Shown here one piece after another: positions 47,743 through 56,968 of a DNA stretch of 64,000 nt. The position numbers and the translations under genes are program-made. Source of the stretch: Caulobacter sp. (GTDB lineage Bacteria; Pseudomonadota; Alphaproteobacteria; Caulobacterales; Caulobacteraceae); contig JAHBYC010000002.1 in the NCBI GenBank assembly GCA_019636175.1, forward strand, positions 62,759 to 126,758, read 5' to 3'. Under the pieces are notes generated by a model. It saw only the letters and a list, made by a program, of their open reading frames with translations, was not told the DNA's origin and did not search any database. Within the stretch, counting starts at the first letter, position 1. Every line of letters begins with the position of its first letter.

Positions 47743-49047
47743 TCAGACGTCCTTGGCGGACTTGTAGACCTCGACGTCGATCTCGTTTTCCCAGCGCCCG
47801 ACCACCGTCGCGACAGCCAGGTCGCTGGTGTTGTTGGGAACCGTGCGGATCATGTCGAGGATGCGGTCGAAAGGCAGGATGAAGCCGACCATCAGGGCCG
47901 CCTGTTCGGCGTTGACCCCGAAGGTGGCCATCACCCCGGTCAGCATGAACAGCGAGGCCGAGGGCACCGGCGCGGTGCCGACCGCCACCATCACCGTGGT
48001 CGCGGCGATCAGGACATACTGCTCGAGGCTCAGGGTGATGCCAAAGGCCTGGGCGGCGAAGGTGGCCAGAAGGCCGACATAGAGGGCGGTGCCGTCCATC
48101 GAGACCGTGGTGCCGATCGGCAGGGCGGTGCCGACCACCGCCGGGCCGATGCCGAGGTTCTCTTCCGCCACCCGCATGGCCACCGGCAGGGTCGCCGACG
48201 ACGAAGAGGTCGAGAAGGCCACCAGCATGGCGTCGGTCGATCCCCGGAAGAAGGGCAGCACCGGCAGCCAGGCCAGGAACCGCACCACCAGCCCATGGAC
48301 GATAAAGGTCTGGATCATGCAGCCGCCCAGGACGCAGAGGGCCAGGGGCGCGACGCTGATGAAGACCTGGGTTCCACCGGTCCCGACCATGGCCGCGATC
48401 AGGGCGAAGACGCCGAACGGGGCCAGTTCCATGACGAACATGACCATCTTCTGCATCACCTCGGCGGCGGACTCGAACAGCGCCGACACCGGCTTGCCCT
48501 TCTCGGCGGCGGCCAGGATGGCGCCGCCCAGCAGCAGGGCGAAGAAGATCACCGGCAGCAGGGAGCCATCCGCCATGGCCTTGAAGACATTGGCCGGGAT
48601 GACGTCGGTGTAGGACAGCCCCACCGACTCGCTGGTGTTGAGGATCTTGGGCACCGCCTTGCTGAAGTCGGCGCCGACGCCGGGCTTCACCAGGGCGCCA
48701 AGGGTCAGGCCGACGGCGGCGGCGATGGCCGTGGTGAAGAGATACAGGCCGATGGTCTTGACCCCGATGGAGCCCAGGCGCTTGGGGTCGATCAGGGCGG
48801 CCACCCCGGCGACGATGGTCACGAAGACCAGGGGAATCACCACCATCCGGATCAGCAAGACGAACATGTCGCCGACCCATTTGATCGCCACCGCGCCCTC
48901 GCCCCAGACCAGGCCGGCGACGGCGCCGAGCGCCAGGCCGATCAGGATGCGGACATAGAGTGGAACCCCGAACCACAGTCCCAACGGCCCGCGGCGCGGC
49001 TTCTTCGCCTTGTCGGCGTCGACGGTCTCGACATCGGTATCGGTCAT
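47743..49047 (-). CDS. Dicarboxylate/amino acid:cation symporter (GltP-like)
   Basis: AFSTSSSSATLP, PIGTTVSMDGTALY, DRILDMIRT..N..D. Confidence 0.9.
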   Translation of the reverse strand: MTDTDVETVDADKAKKPRRGPLGLWFGVPLYVRILIGLALGAVAGLVWGEGAVAIKWVGDMFVLLIRMVVIPLVFVTIVAGVAALIDPKRLGSIGVKTIGLYLFTTAIAAAVGLTLGALVKPGVGADFSKAVPKILNTSESVGLSYTDVIPANVFKAMADGSLLPVIFFALLLGGAILAAAEKGKPVSALFESAAEVMQKMVMFVMELAPFGVFALIAAMVGTGGTQVFISVAPLALCVLGGCMIQTFIVHGLVVRFLAWLPVLPFFRGSTDAMLVAFSTSSSSATLPVAMRVAEENLGIGPAVVGTALPIGTTVSMDGTALYVGLLATFAAQAFGITLSLEQYVLIAATTVMVAVGTAPVPSASLFMLTGVMATFGVNAEQAALMVGFILPFDRILDMIRTVPNNTSDLAVATVVGRWENEIDVEVYKSAKDV

Positions 49048-50657
49048 GCTGAACAGCTCCCGGAAACAGGTTCGGAGCGCATCGGCCGGCCGGCCAGCGC
49101 GCCAGTGACCCGTCCATGGTCTACTGCCGGGACGCCGTTGACGAGGGCCAGAAGCAAACCTTCTGACAACCGGGTAGGGTCTTCATAGGTGGCCAGGGCC
49201 CGGAATCGGCTCGGATCGAAGACGATTACATCGGCGAAGTAGCCCGTCCTGAGGTAGCCGCGACCGGCAATCCTGAAGATGTCCGCCGTCTGGCCGCTGG
49301 AGCGGCGCACGAACCGTTCGGGGCTCATCAGGCCACCCTCGACGAAGGTCGTCCAGGCCAGGGGAAAGGTGCCGAAGCGGCGCGGATGGCCGACCGTGGC
49401 GTCCGAACTGGTCACCACCCAGGGCTGAACCGCGAAGGCGTTGATGTCGGCCTGGATCATGTTGAACGAGGCCACCCGGGCGTCGCCCTGGTCGCGAACG
49501 ATGACGATGGCGGTCTGCACCGGCTCCTCGCCCCGCGCCCGCGCCACCGCGCCGAGGGTCCGTCCGGCGTGGGGGCCGCTGGTGATCAGCAGCGATTCCG
49601 GCCCGCCCCGGCGGCGCAGGTTGTCGGCGATCTGGGGCAGCAGTTTCGCCGACAGCGACGGATCGGCGAGACGCTTGCGGCCCTCTTCCATGCCCCCGTC
49701 CATCACCCAGCGCGGGATCAGGGCGTTGGAGACGCGGGTGCCCGATGCGCTCCAGGGGTACTGGTCGGCGGTCACCCGCCGGCCCGCGGCCCGCTCGGCC
49801 TCGATCAGGGCGATGACCTCTCCAGACTTGCCGTGAACATCGACCCCCTGGGCCTTGATGTGGGCGATATGCACCGGCATGTCGGCCCGCCGACCGATCT
49901 CCAGGGCCTCGCGCACCGCCGCAAGCAGACCGATGTTGTCGCTGCTCTCGTCGCGCATATGGGTCTCGTAGAGGCCGCCGCGAACCGCCGCCTCCCGCGC
50001 CAGCGCCACCACCTCCTCGGTGGTCGAATAGCTCTGCGGCGCATAGTAGAGGCCCGCCGAAAAGCCGAAGCCGCCCTGGCACATGCCGTCGGCAACGAGC
50101 CCCTTCATGCGGTCGAGCTCGGGGCCCGTCGGGGCGCGACTGCCCTCTCCGATCACCTCTCGCCGCACCGCGCCGAAGCCGACAAAGCTGCCGGCGTTGA
50201 CCCCGGTTCCGGCGTCGGCGAAGGCCTTCAGCGTCGCCGCGACCCGCGGCGCGCCGTCGCCGTCGTTGCCGATCAGGATGCTGGTGACGCCCTGGGTCAG
50301 GTGGTTGGCGGCGGCCCGTCGGGCGCGGTCGCCGGACGCCAGGTCGGCGCCGGAATGGGTATGGGGATCGATGAATCCGGGCGCGACAATCATGCCGCTG
50401 GCGTCGATGGTCCGGCGGGCGGTCACCCCGGCCCGGGCGGCGTCGCCGATGAAGACGATGCGGTCGCCGCTGACCGCGACGTCGGCAACCCGCCCGGGCG
50501 AACCGGTCCCGTCGATCACCCGACCCCCTCGGATCAGATAATCGACGGGCGAGGGTCTTGCCGCGGCCGCGCCCAGCAGACCCAGCATCCCGGCCAGAAC
50601 CGTCAGGGTGAGCGCCAGGCGCACCGGTAGCGTTCCTCGGCCTTGACGCCGGATCAT
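49044..50657 (-). CDS. N-acyl-D-amino-acid deacylase family amidohydrolase with signal peptide
   Basis: APGFIDPHTH, YETHMRDE, HIAHIK, HPRRFGTFP; hydrophobic N-terminal leader. Confidence 0.85.
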   Translation of the reverse strand: MIRRQGRGTLPVRLALTLTVLAGMLGLLGAAAARPSPVDYLIRGGRVIDGTGSPGRVADVAVSGDRIVFIGDAARAGVTARRTIDASGMIVAPGFIDPHTHSGADLASGDRARRAAANHLTQGVTSILIGNDGDGAPRVAATLKAFADAGTGVNAGSFVGFGAVRREVIGEGSRAPTGPELDRMKGLVADGMCQGGFGFSAGLYYAPQSYSTTEEVVALAREAAVRGGLYETHMRDESSDNIGLLAAVREALEIGRRADMPVHIAHIKAQGVDVHGKSGEVIALIEAERAAGRRVTADQYPWSASGTRVSNALIPRWVMDGGMEEGRKRLADPSLSAKLLPQIADNLRRRGGPESLLITSGPHAGRTLGAVARARGEEPVQTAIVIVRDQGDARVASFNMIQADINAFAVQPWVVTSSDATVGHPRRFGTFPLAWTTFVEGGLMSPERFVRRSSGQTADIFRIAGRGYLRTGYFADVIVFDPSRFRALATYEDPTRLSEGLLLALVNGVPAVDHGRVTGALAGRPMRSEPVSGSCSA

Positions 50658-50686
50658 GCCGTCAGTCCTTCAACAGTGAGCGGCGA

Positions 50687-53600
50687 TCAGAACCGCTTGG
50701 TGTAGGTCGCGTACCAGTAGCGGCCGGTCGAGTTGTGGATGGCGCCCAGGTAGCCGAAGTTCTCGGCCGCCACCGGCGGATCCTTGTCCTCGATATTGCG
50801 CACGCCAAGCCGGATGGTCGAACCGTCCATCGGCCCGCTCTTGAAGGCGTACTGGCCGTAGAGGCTGACCGTGGTCCAGGAGTCGACCGGGAAGTAGTTG
50901 CCGTTCACCTGGGCCGGACCGGTGTCGTAGAAGCCGCCGATGTAGTTGACGAACAGACCCGCGCCCCAGCCGTTCAGGCGCCAGGACAGGCTGGCGGTGC
51001 CGCGATACTCCGGCTTGCCATCGATGTTGATCTGGTTGCCCGAAGTGGCCACCGTGATCCCCGGCAGCTGACCGGCGTTGATCGCGGCGATCAGGCTCTT
51101 CTCGATCTCGCCCGGCGACTGGTCGAACTTCAGCAGCTTGGCGACATTGACCTTGAAGGTGAAGTCACCGAGCGGGGTGTCGTCGATGTCGTAGTTGACC
51201 GTGAAGTCGGCCCCCTGGATCACCCGCGGCTGCAGGTTCTGGTACAGGTCGTTGATGTAGAGGATCGGGCCGACGATGGCCGGGTTGCTGTTGTCCCGCA
51301 CGACATTGGGGTTGGAGCTGCCGTTGAGCCGCAGCAGGTAGTCGTAGGAAATCTGGTTCACGCCGCCGAGGATGCCGATGACGTTCTTCTCGCGGATCGA
51401 CCAGAAGTCGGCGGTCAGGATCAGGCGGCCGTACTGCGGCGGAATGAACCGCGGCTGATAGACGGCGCCGACAGTGGCGTTGTCGGCCTCTTCCGGCGTC
51501 AGCTGGTCGTTGCCGCTGCGGACTTCCAGGGTGCTGGCAGAGCTGCAGGTCGTGCCGTTGATGCGGCAGGCGGCGTAGTCGGTGCGGCTGTTCGAAACCG
51601 TGGTGCCGTCACTGTAGTACTGCGGCAGGTTGGGCGCCCGGAAGCCCTGGGACACCGAGCCGCGCAGCGAGAAGCCGCCGGCCACAGACCAGATCATGGC
51701 GAACTTCGGTTTGATGACGTTCCCGAAGTCCGAATAGTACTCGTCCCGCGCGGCGAACTGGAGATTGATCTCCTCGACCAGCGGAATGTTCATTTCCGGC
51801 GAGATCACCGGAACCTGCAGTTCCACATAGGCCGAGCTGACCGAGCGGTGGGCCTTGACGTCCGGCGACTGGCTGGCGCCGACCACGTCGGAGCCGTAGG
51901 TCAGGCCGGTGACGGTGTTGGTATAGGTAATGGTGCCGTCGAGCCGCTTGTCGCGGTCGTCCAGGTAGGTCTCGCGGCGCCACTCGACCCCGGCCGCCAG
52001 ACCGACATTCCCGGCCGGCAGGGCGAACAGGTCGTTCCTGGAGATCTTGAAATCGGCCAGGGTCAGGGAAGTTTCGCTGACCCGGTAGACGTTGATCAGG
52101 AAGGAGTCGATCGTCGCCTGGGAGTTGGGCGTACCATCTCCGAGTGAGTAGTTGTCCTGGCTGCCGCCGTTGAAGGGGTTGTAGGCGTCGGCCGTGGTGC
52201 GGTTCAGCGCGGCCTGGAAGAGGCTGGAGCTGATCGCATTCTTGGTCATGTCCTTGCTGCGGGCGGTCGAGTAGATGAGCGCCGATTCCCAGTCGAACCC
52301 GGCGAACTCGCCGCGCAGGCCGCCCAGCAGACGGATGCTGTCATCAGTGACGGTGTAGCTGCGCGGGCCGGTGTCGACCGGGCGATAGTTGGTCATGTTC
52401 ATCGCCAGGCCGCCGACCGGCACATTGGTCAGCCCCACGAGCCGGTTGGGGTTGGGCGCGCCGTTCAGCGTGACCGGACCGAAGGGGTTGTAATAGGCGT
52501 CGGCGGCGATCGAGATCGGACCCGAGGAGATCGGCGCGGACTGTTCGCGGCTGCCGTTGAACAGGGCGTGATAGTAGCCCAGCTCGCCAAAGGCGGTGAT
52601 GCTGCCGATCTGGCGCTCGACGGTCGAGAACATGTTGGTCCGCTCGACCTCGCCGCGCAGGGTGCGGTCGGGGTTTTCGTCGTAACGCAGGGCGCGGTCA
52701 GCCGCGCCGGTGATGCTGCCCGAACGGATACAGATGTCCGACCCGGCCCCGAAGGTGCTGCTGCTGCAGGCGGTGTCGGTCTTGGAGGTCGGCTGGATGT
52801 GGAACAGCCCGGCCGAGGTGGCCACGGCGACGCCGTTCTGGCGCACGGTGCCCGGCGCCCCGATCAGGGTGAAGGCGCCCCAGGGGCTGGAGGTGGTTCG
52901 GCTGTCGAAGGTGGTGTTGCCGTCCCACGGCGTACCCGCCACCTGAGGCCGGTGATCCTCGCTGGCCGAATAGGAGCGCTCGGAGGCGTTCATGCGGCTG
53001 CGGCCGGTGTAGCTGCCGAAGAAGGTGATCTGGGTGCCGTCGGACAGTTCGGTCCCGGCCTTCAGGTTGAAGACGCCCTCGCGGTAGTCGGTGCCTTCCG
53101 AGCCCCCGCCCTGGACCTCGATCCGCAGGCCTTCGAACTTTGTGTCAAGCACGTTGTTGACCACGCCGGCGACCGCGTCGGTGCCGTAGATGGCGGCGGC
53201 GCCGTCCCGCAGGATCTCGACCCGCTTCACGCCGAACAGCGGCAGGGCGTTGGTGTTGGGAGTCTGCACCGGGACGAAGTTTTCGGTCTGGGTGCCGGGG
53301 TGCAACACCGCGCGGCGACCGTTCAGCAGGGTCAGGGTGTTGCCGGTGCCCAGGCTGCGCAGGTTCAGGGAGGCGACATCGCCGCGGGCGTCATTGAGGT
53401 TGCCGGTGGTGCGGGCGTCCTGGAACAGCACGTCGCCGGCCTGCGGGATCGAACGGAACAGATCATCGCCGGAGACCGCGCCGGTGTTGACGATTTCGCT
53501 CTCGTCGACAACCGTGACCGGCAGGGCGCCGGTGACCTTGGCGCCCTTGATCTGGCTGCCGACGACGGTGACCGCCTCGACCTCGTCGCCATCGCTGGTC

Positions 53601-53701
53601 GCGACGGGATCTTCCTGAGCAAAGGCCGCGCCGGCGGCCAGGCTGGCGGCGGAGGCCAGCAAAAGGGTCTTCAGAGTCCGATTGATGATGTGACGGGCCA
53701 T
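50687..53701 (-). CDS. TonB-dependent receptor (about 1004 aa), paralog of 10679..13687
   Basis: Signal peptide, AVTVVGSQI, LNLRSLGTGNTLTLLNGRR, VEILRDGAAAIYG, C-terminal F; alternative start at 53716. Confidence 0.93.
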   Translation of the reverse strand: MARHIINRTLKTLLLASAASLAAGAAFAQEDPVATSDGDEVEAVTVVGSQIKGAKVTGALPVTVVDESEIVNTGAVSGDDLFRSIPQAGDVLFQDARTTGNLNDARGDVASLNLRSLGTGNTLTLLNGRRAVLHPGTQTENFVPVQTPNTNALPLFGVKRVEILRDGAAAIYGTDAVAGVVNNVLDTKFEGLRIEVQGGGSEGTDYREGVFNLKAGTELSDGTQITFFGSYTGRSRMNASERSYSASEDHRPQVAGTPWDGNTTFDSRTTSSPWGAFTLIGAPGTVRQNGVAVATSAGLFHIQPTSKTDTACSSSTFGAGSDICIRSGSITGAADRALRYDENPDRTLRGEVERTNMFSTVERQIGSITAFGELGYYHALFNGSREQSAPISSGPISIAADAYYNPFGPVTLNGAPNPNRLVGLTNVPVGGLAMNMTNYRPVDTGPRSYTVTDDSIRLLGGLRGEFAGFDWESALIYSTARSKDMTKNAISSSLFQAALNRTTADAYNPFNGGSQDNYSLGDGTPNSQATIDSFLINVYRVSETSLTLADFKISRNDLFALPAGNVGLAAGVEWRRETYLDDRDKRLDGTITYTNTVTGLTYGSDVVGASQSPDVKAHRSVSSAYVELQVPVISPEMNIPLVEEINLQFAARDEYYSDFGNVIKPKFAMIWSVAGGFSLRGSVSQGFRAPNLPQYYSDGTTVSNSRTDYAACRINGTTCSSASTLEVRSGNDQLTPEEADNATVGAVYQPRFIPPQYGRLILTADFWSIREKNVIGILGGVNQISYDYLLRLNGSSNPNVVRDNSNPAIVGPILYINDLYQNLQPRVIQGADFTVNYDIDDTPLGDFTFKVNVAKLLKFDQSPGEIEKSLIAAINAGQLPGITVATSGNQINIDGKPEYRGTASLSWRLNGWGAGLFVNYIGGFYDTGPAQVNGNYFPVDSWTTVSLYGQYAFKSGPMDGSTIRLGVRNIEDKDPPVAAENFGYLGAIHNSTGRYWYATYTKRF

Positions 53702-53826
53702 GCCCACTACCCCCATGTAAATCCCAAGCCGGGCCGATCTTCGGTCTTGTGTCCGGCTACGGACCAGCATCTCCCCGGAAAGGTTCCACGCCAATAACCG
53801 CAGCCTTTCGGTTCCTTCCGAAAGTC

Positions 53827-53841
53827 ATAGCCCCCGGCTAT
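53827..53841. promoter_or_regulatory. Candidate LysR (DgcR-like) operator, copy 1
   Basis: ATAGCC-CCC-GGCTAT, a T-N11-A dyad upstream of the TonB receptor gene. Confidence 0.65.
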
Positions 53842-53846
53842 ACGTC

Positions 53847-54839
53847 TCATCCGGGTTCGCCCCAGAATCCCACAGCGGGGGCGTGCATCACACCGCCGCT
53901 CAGCCGCACGCCTGCGGGCCAGTCGCCGGCCAGCCACCACGGTCCGTCGAGGTCGACGAAATCGGAAGCGCCGGCGATGTGCAGGGCCGGGGCGATGGCC
54001 AGGGACGAGGCGACCATGCAGCCGGTCATCACCTGAAATCCCATCGCCCGCGCCGCCCGAAGGGTGGCGATGGCTTCCGAAAGGCCGCCCGTCTTGTCCA
54101 GCTTGATGTTCACCGCCTGATACCGTCCCCTCATGCCCGCCAGGTCGGCGGCGGTGTGCAGGCTTTCGTCGGCGCAGACCGGCGCGGGCGGATCGAACCC
54201 TTCCAGCGCGCCGTCCTGATCCGCGGGCAGCGGCTGTTCGATCAGGGCGATGGGCAGGTCGGCCAGCAGGGGCCGCAACTCGTCCAGGATCGCCCGGCTC
54301 CAGCTTTCATTGGGATCGACGATGAAGCGGGCGTGGGGCGCCGCCTCCGCAACGGCTCGCAGCCGCCCGGCGGGATTGTCGGCGTCCAGCTTGATCTTGA
54401 TCAGCGGCGCGGCGGCGCTGACCCGGGCCGCGTCGGCCATGGCCTGGGGCGTGTCGAGGCTGATGGTCACCGCGCAGACAACGCTGACCGGGCGCCGCAG
54501 GCCGGTCAGCTGGGCCACCGACCGACCGCTCTCCCTGGCCTCGAGGTCCCACAGGGCGCAGTCGAGCGCGTTGCGCGCCGCGCCGGGCGGCAGGGAGGAC
54601 AGCAGGGACTCATCGGCCGCACCGGCCTCGAAGGCCTCCAGCGCCGGGGCGAGGGCGGCCATGACGCCGTCGAGACTCTCGCCATAGCGCGGATAGGGCG
54701 TCCCCTCCCCCCGCCCGCAGGCGTCGCCGCGGCGCAGCTGGACGATCACTGTCTCGGCGGCGGTCTTGACCCCCCGCGAGATGCGGAACGGGGCCTTCAG
54801 CGGCCAGCGCTGGCGGCGGACAGTGGCGGTGCAAAGCAT
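53847..54839 (-). CDS. dgcA: N-acetyl-D-glutamate racemase DgcA (enolase superfamily, dipeptide-epimerase-like)
   Basis: PFRISRG, GAARNALDCALWDL, IKIKL, VDPNESW, EQP, ADES, NIKLDKTGG, DLDG; follows the DUF1611 gene. Confidence 0.85.
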   Translation of the reverse strand: MLCTATVRRQRWPLKAPFRISRGVKTAAETVIVQLRRGDACGRGEGTPYPRYGESLDGVMAALAPALEAFEAGAADESLLSSLPPGAARNALDCALWDLEARESGRSVAQLTGLRRPVSVVCAVTISLDTPQAMADAARVSAAAPLIKIKLDADNPAGRLRAVAEAAPHARFIVDPNESWSRAILDELRPLLADLPIALIEQPLPADQDGALEGFDPPAPVCADESLHTAADLAGMRGRYQAVNIKLDKTGGLSEAIATLRAARAMGFQVMTGCMVASSLAIAPALHIAGASDFVDLDGPWWLAGDWPAGVRLSGGVMHAPAVGFWGEPG

Positions 54840-55834
54840 GACTTGAGCCGATCGACGATAAGATGGGTTCCATGGGCGACGGGGTCCTGACAGGGCAGGC
54901 CCAGCGCGTCCGAAATGCGGGAACAGAGTTCCAGACCCTCGGCCGCGGACATGGCCGAGGTGTTGAGGGCGACGCCGACGGCCACGACCGCCGGGTTGGT
55001 CAGCCGCGCCGCCTCTAGATTGCGCTCCAGACAGATCGCCAGCTCGGGGACCGGATGGCCCGGAACCCCGCGCATGTGCGACCTTCCCGGTTCGTGGCAC
55101 AGCACCAGGGCGTCCGGTTGCGCGCCATGGATCAGCCCCAGGGTCACACCGGCGTAGGATGGATGGAACAGGGAGCCCTGCCCCTCGATCACGTCCCAGC
55201 CTCCCTCATGGCGCGCGGGCGAGATGGCCTCGACCGCCCCGGAGATGAAATCGGCAACGACCGCATCGACCGGCGCGCCGTCGCCGGCGATCAGGATGCC
55301 GGTCTGGCCGGTGGCGCGGAAGTCGGCCCTCAGTCCCGCCGCCCTCATGTCCCGCTCCAGGGCCAGGGAGGCGTACATCTTGCCGACCGAACAGTCAGTG
55401 CCGACGGTCAGCAGACGATGGCCGGCGCGGGGAACGCCCTTGCCGACCGCCAGGCTGGTGGGCGGTTCGCGCACATCGGTCAGGCGCCGGCCCAGCCGGG
55501 CGGCGGTCTCGCGGATCTCCGCCACCTCCGCCAGTTTCTGATGCAGACCGCAGGCGACATCGAGCCCCGCCTCCAGGGCGGCCAGGACGACCGGAATGGC
55601 TTCCGGAGCGAGGCGACCTCCGGCGTTGGCCTCGCCGATCACCAGGGTGCGGGCGCCCCGCCGCGCCGCCTCGGCGACATCAAGGTCCTCAAGGCCCAGC
55701 GTCACCGTCGCCCCGGGCAGCCGCAGCTGGCCGAGACACCGGTCAGGCCGCCATTGCGCGACGCCGCGCGCCGTCTTGACCGCCAGCGGGTCGACCGCCG
55801 CGCCGAGATAGAGGAGATAGGGTGAAGCGATCAT
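54797..55834 (-). CDS. dgcN: D-glutamate N-acetyltransferase DgcN (DUF1611)
   Basis: PYLLYLG, TVGTDCSVGKM, ATGQTGILI, VVADFISGA, EGQGSLFHPS. Confidence 0.88.
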   Translation of the reverse strand: MIASPYLLYLGAAVDPLAVKTARGVAQWRPDRCLGQLRLPGATVTLGLEDLDVAEAARRGARTLVIGEANAGGRLAPEAIPVVLAALEAGLDVACGLHQKLAEVAEIRETAARLGRRLTDVREPPTSLAVGKGVPRAGHRLLTVGTDCSVGKMYASLALERDMRAAGLRADFRATGQTGILIAGDGAPVDAVVADFISGAVEAISPARHEGGWDVIEGQGSLFHPSYAGVTLGLIHGAQPDALVLCHEPGRSHMRGVPGHPVPELAICLERNLEAARLTNPAVVAVGVALNTSAMSAAEGLELCSRISDALGLPCQDPVAHGTHLIVDRLKSCFAPPLSAASAGR

Positions 55835-55922
55835 CTCGCCCTTCCGATGAACCGTTGCAGGAAGCTGCGCGGACCATCGGGGCGGTCGACCGCCGGAGCA
55901 ATTTCAGAGACTGAGGCATCCC

Positions 55923-55937
55923 ATAGCCTGGGGCTAA
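55923..55937. promoter_or_regulatory. Candidate LysR (DgcR-like) operator, copy 2
   Basis: ATAGCC-TGG-GGCTAA, about 90 bp upstream of dgcN, overlapping the LysR stop codon. Confidence 0.6.
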
Positions 55938-56830
55938 CGCCCGCAGATCTCCTGCAGAACCGCCTGCATCTCCTTCACGAACCGCTCCGACAGGTGCGAC
56001 AGGGGCCGGTCTTCCAGGTGCATGCAGAAGACGCCGAACGGCAGTCCGGGATCGAGGGGCCGAAAATCAATGGCGTCGGAGGCCTCGGCCCGGGCGGTGA
56101 ATTCGTCGACCACCGCCACCCCGACCCCCTGCCTGACCAGGGATGCGGCCATGTAGAAGGTCGAGACCGTGATCGGCTCGTTGATGATCAGGCCGCGCCC
56201 CTCGACCTCGGCCGAGAAGATGTCGCTGACCGGCCCGGTGGCGCCTGAGCCGATGTAGTTGCGATTCTCAAGGCTCTTCAGATCCAGCCGCGCCGGCGGC
56301 GTGTCGCCGAACTCCCCGCGCGGGAACATCATCATCAGCTCGCCGCTGCCGATCTGGAAGCTGGTCACCCGGGGGTGCTGGATGGAGTCATAGGCCAGGG
56401 CCATGTCCACCTCATGCTCGTACAGCGACCGCAGCACCTCCTCGTAGTGCAGGGTGCGGAAGTCGAAGGTCACGGTCGGATGCCGGGCCCGGAACCTCGC
56501 CACCGCGTCGGGCGCCACCCCCAGGCCCAGGGCCGGCAGAACCGCCGCGCGGATGTGCCCGCCCTCGCCCAGCTTGAGGTTTCGCGCCGCCTGCTTCAGC
56601 GAATCGAGGCGTTCGAACACCTCCTTCACCTCGCGAAACAGGGCGTGGGCCTCGTCGGTCGGGGCCAGCCGTCCCTTCACGCGGCGGAACAGCCGGAAAC
56701 CCAGCTGGTCCTCGGCATGCTTGAGAACCTTGCTGACCGAAGGCTGCGAAACATTGAGCGTGCGCGCCGCGGTGCTGATCGAACCGTGGGCGTAGACCGC
56801 GTGGAAAACCTCGATGTGGCGAAGGCGCAT
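55934..56830 (-). CDS. LysR family regulator (DgcR-like by context)
   Basis: MRLRHIEVFHAV..GSIS.AA..LNVSQPSVSK..HAEDQLGF.LF.R. Confidence 0.9.
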   Translation of the reverse strand: MRLRHIEVFHAVYAHGSISTAARTLNVSQPSVSKVLKHAEDQLGFRLFRRVKGRLAPTDEAHALFREVKEVFERLDSLKQAARNLKLGEGGHIRAAVLPALGLGVAPDAVARFRARHPTVTFDFRTLHYEEVLRSLYEHEVDMALAYDSIQHPRVTSFQIGSGELMMMFPRGEFGDTPPARLDLKSLENRNYIGSGATGPVSDIFSAEVEGRGLIINEPITVSTFYMAASLVRQGVGVAVVDEFTARAEASDAIDFRPLDPGLPFGVFCMHLEDRPLSHLSERFVKEMQAVLQEICGR

Positions 56831-56968
56831 AGGCTAGTTAGCCGATGTTCAGGACTCTTGTGCAACATTACAAAAAAGATCGGCGGCAAAGGCTGGCGAT
56901 CAGCGAACCCTTCGCCCACCTTCGCGTTGGACCTTCGCAACTGACTGCCATGAAGAGGAGAACAGGTC

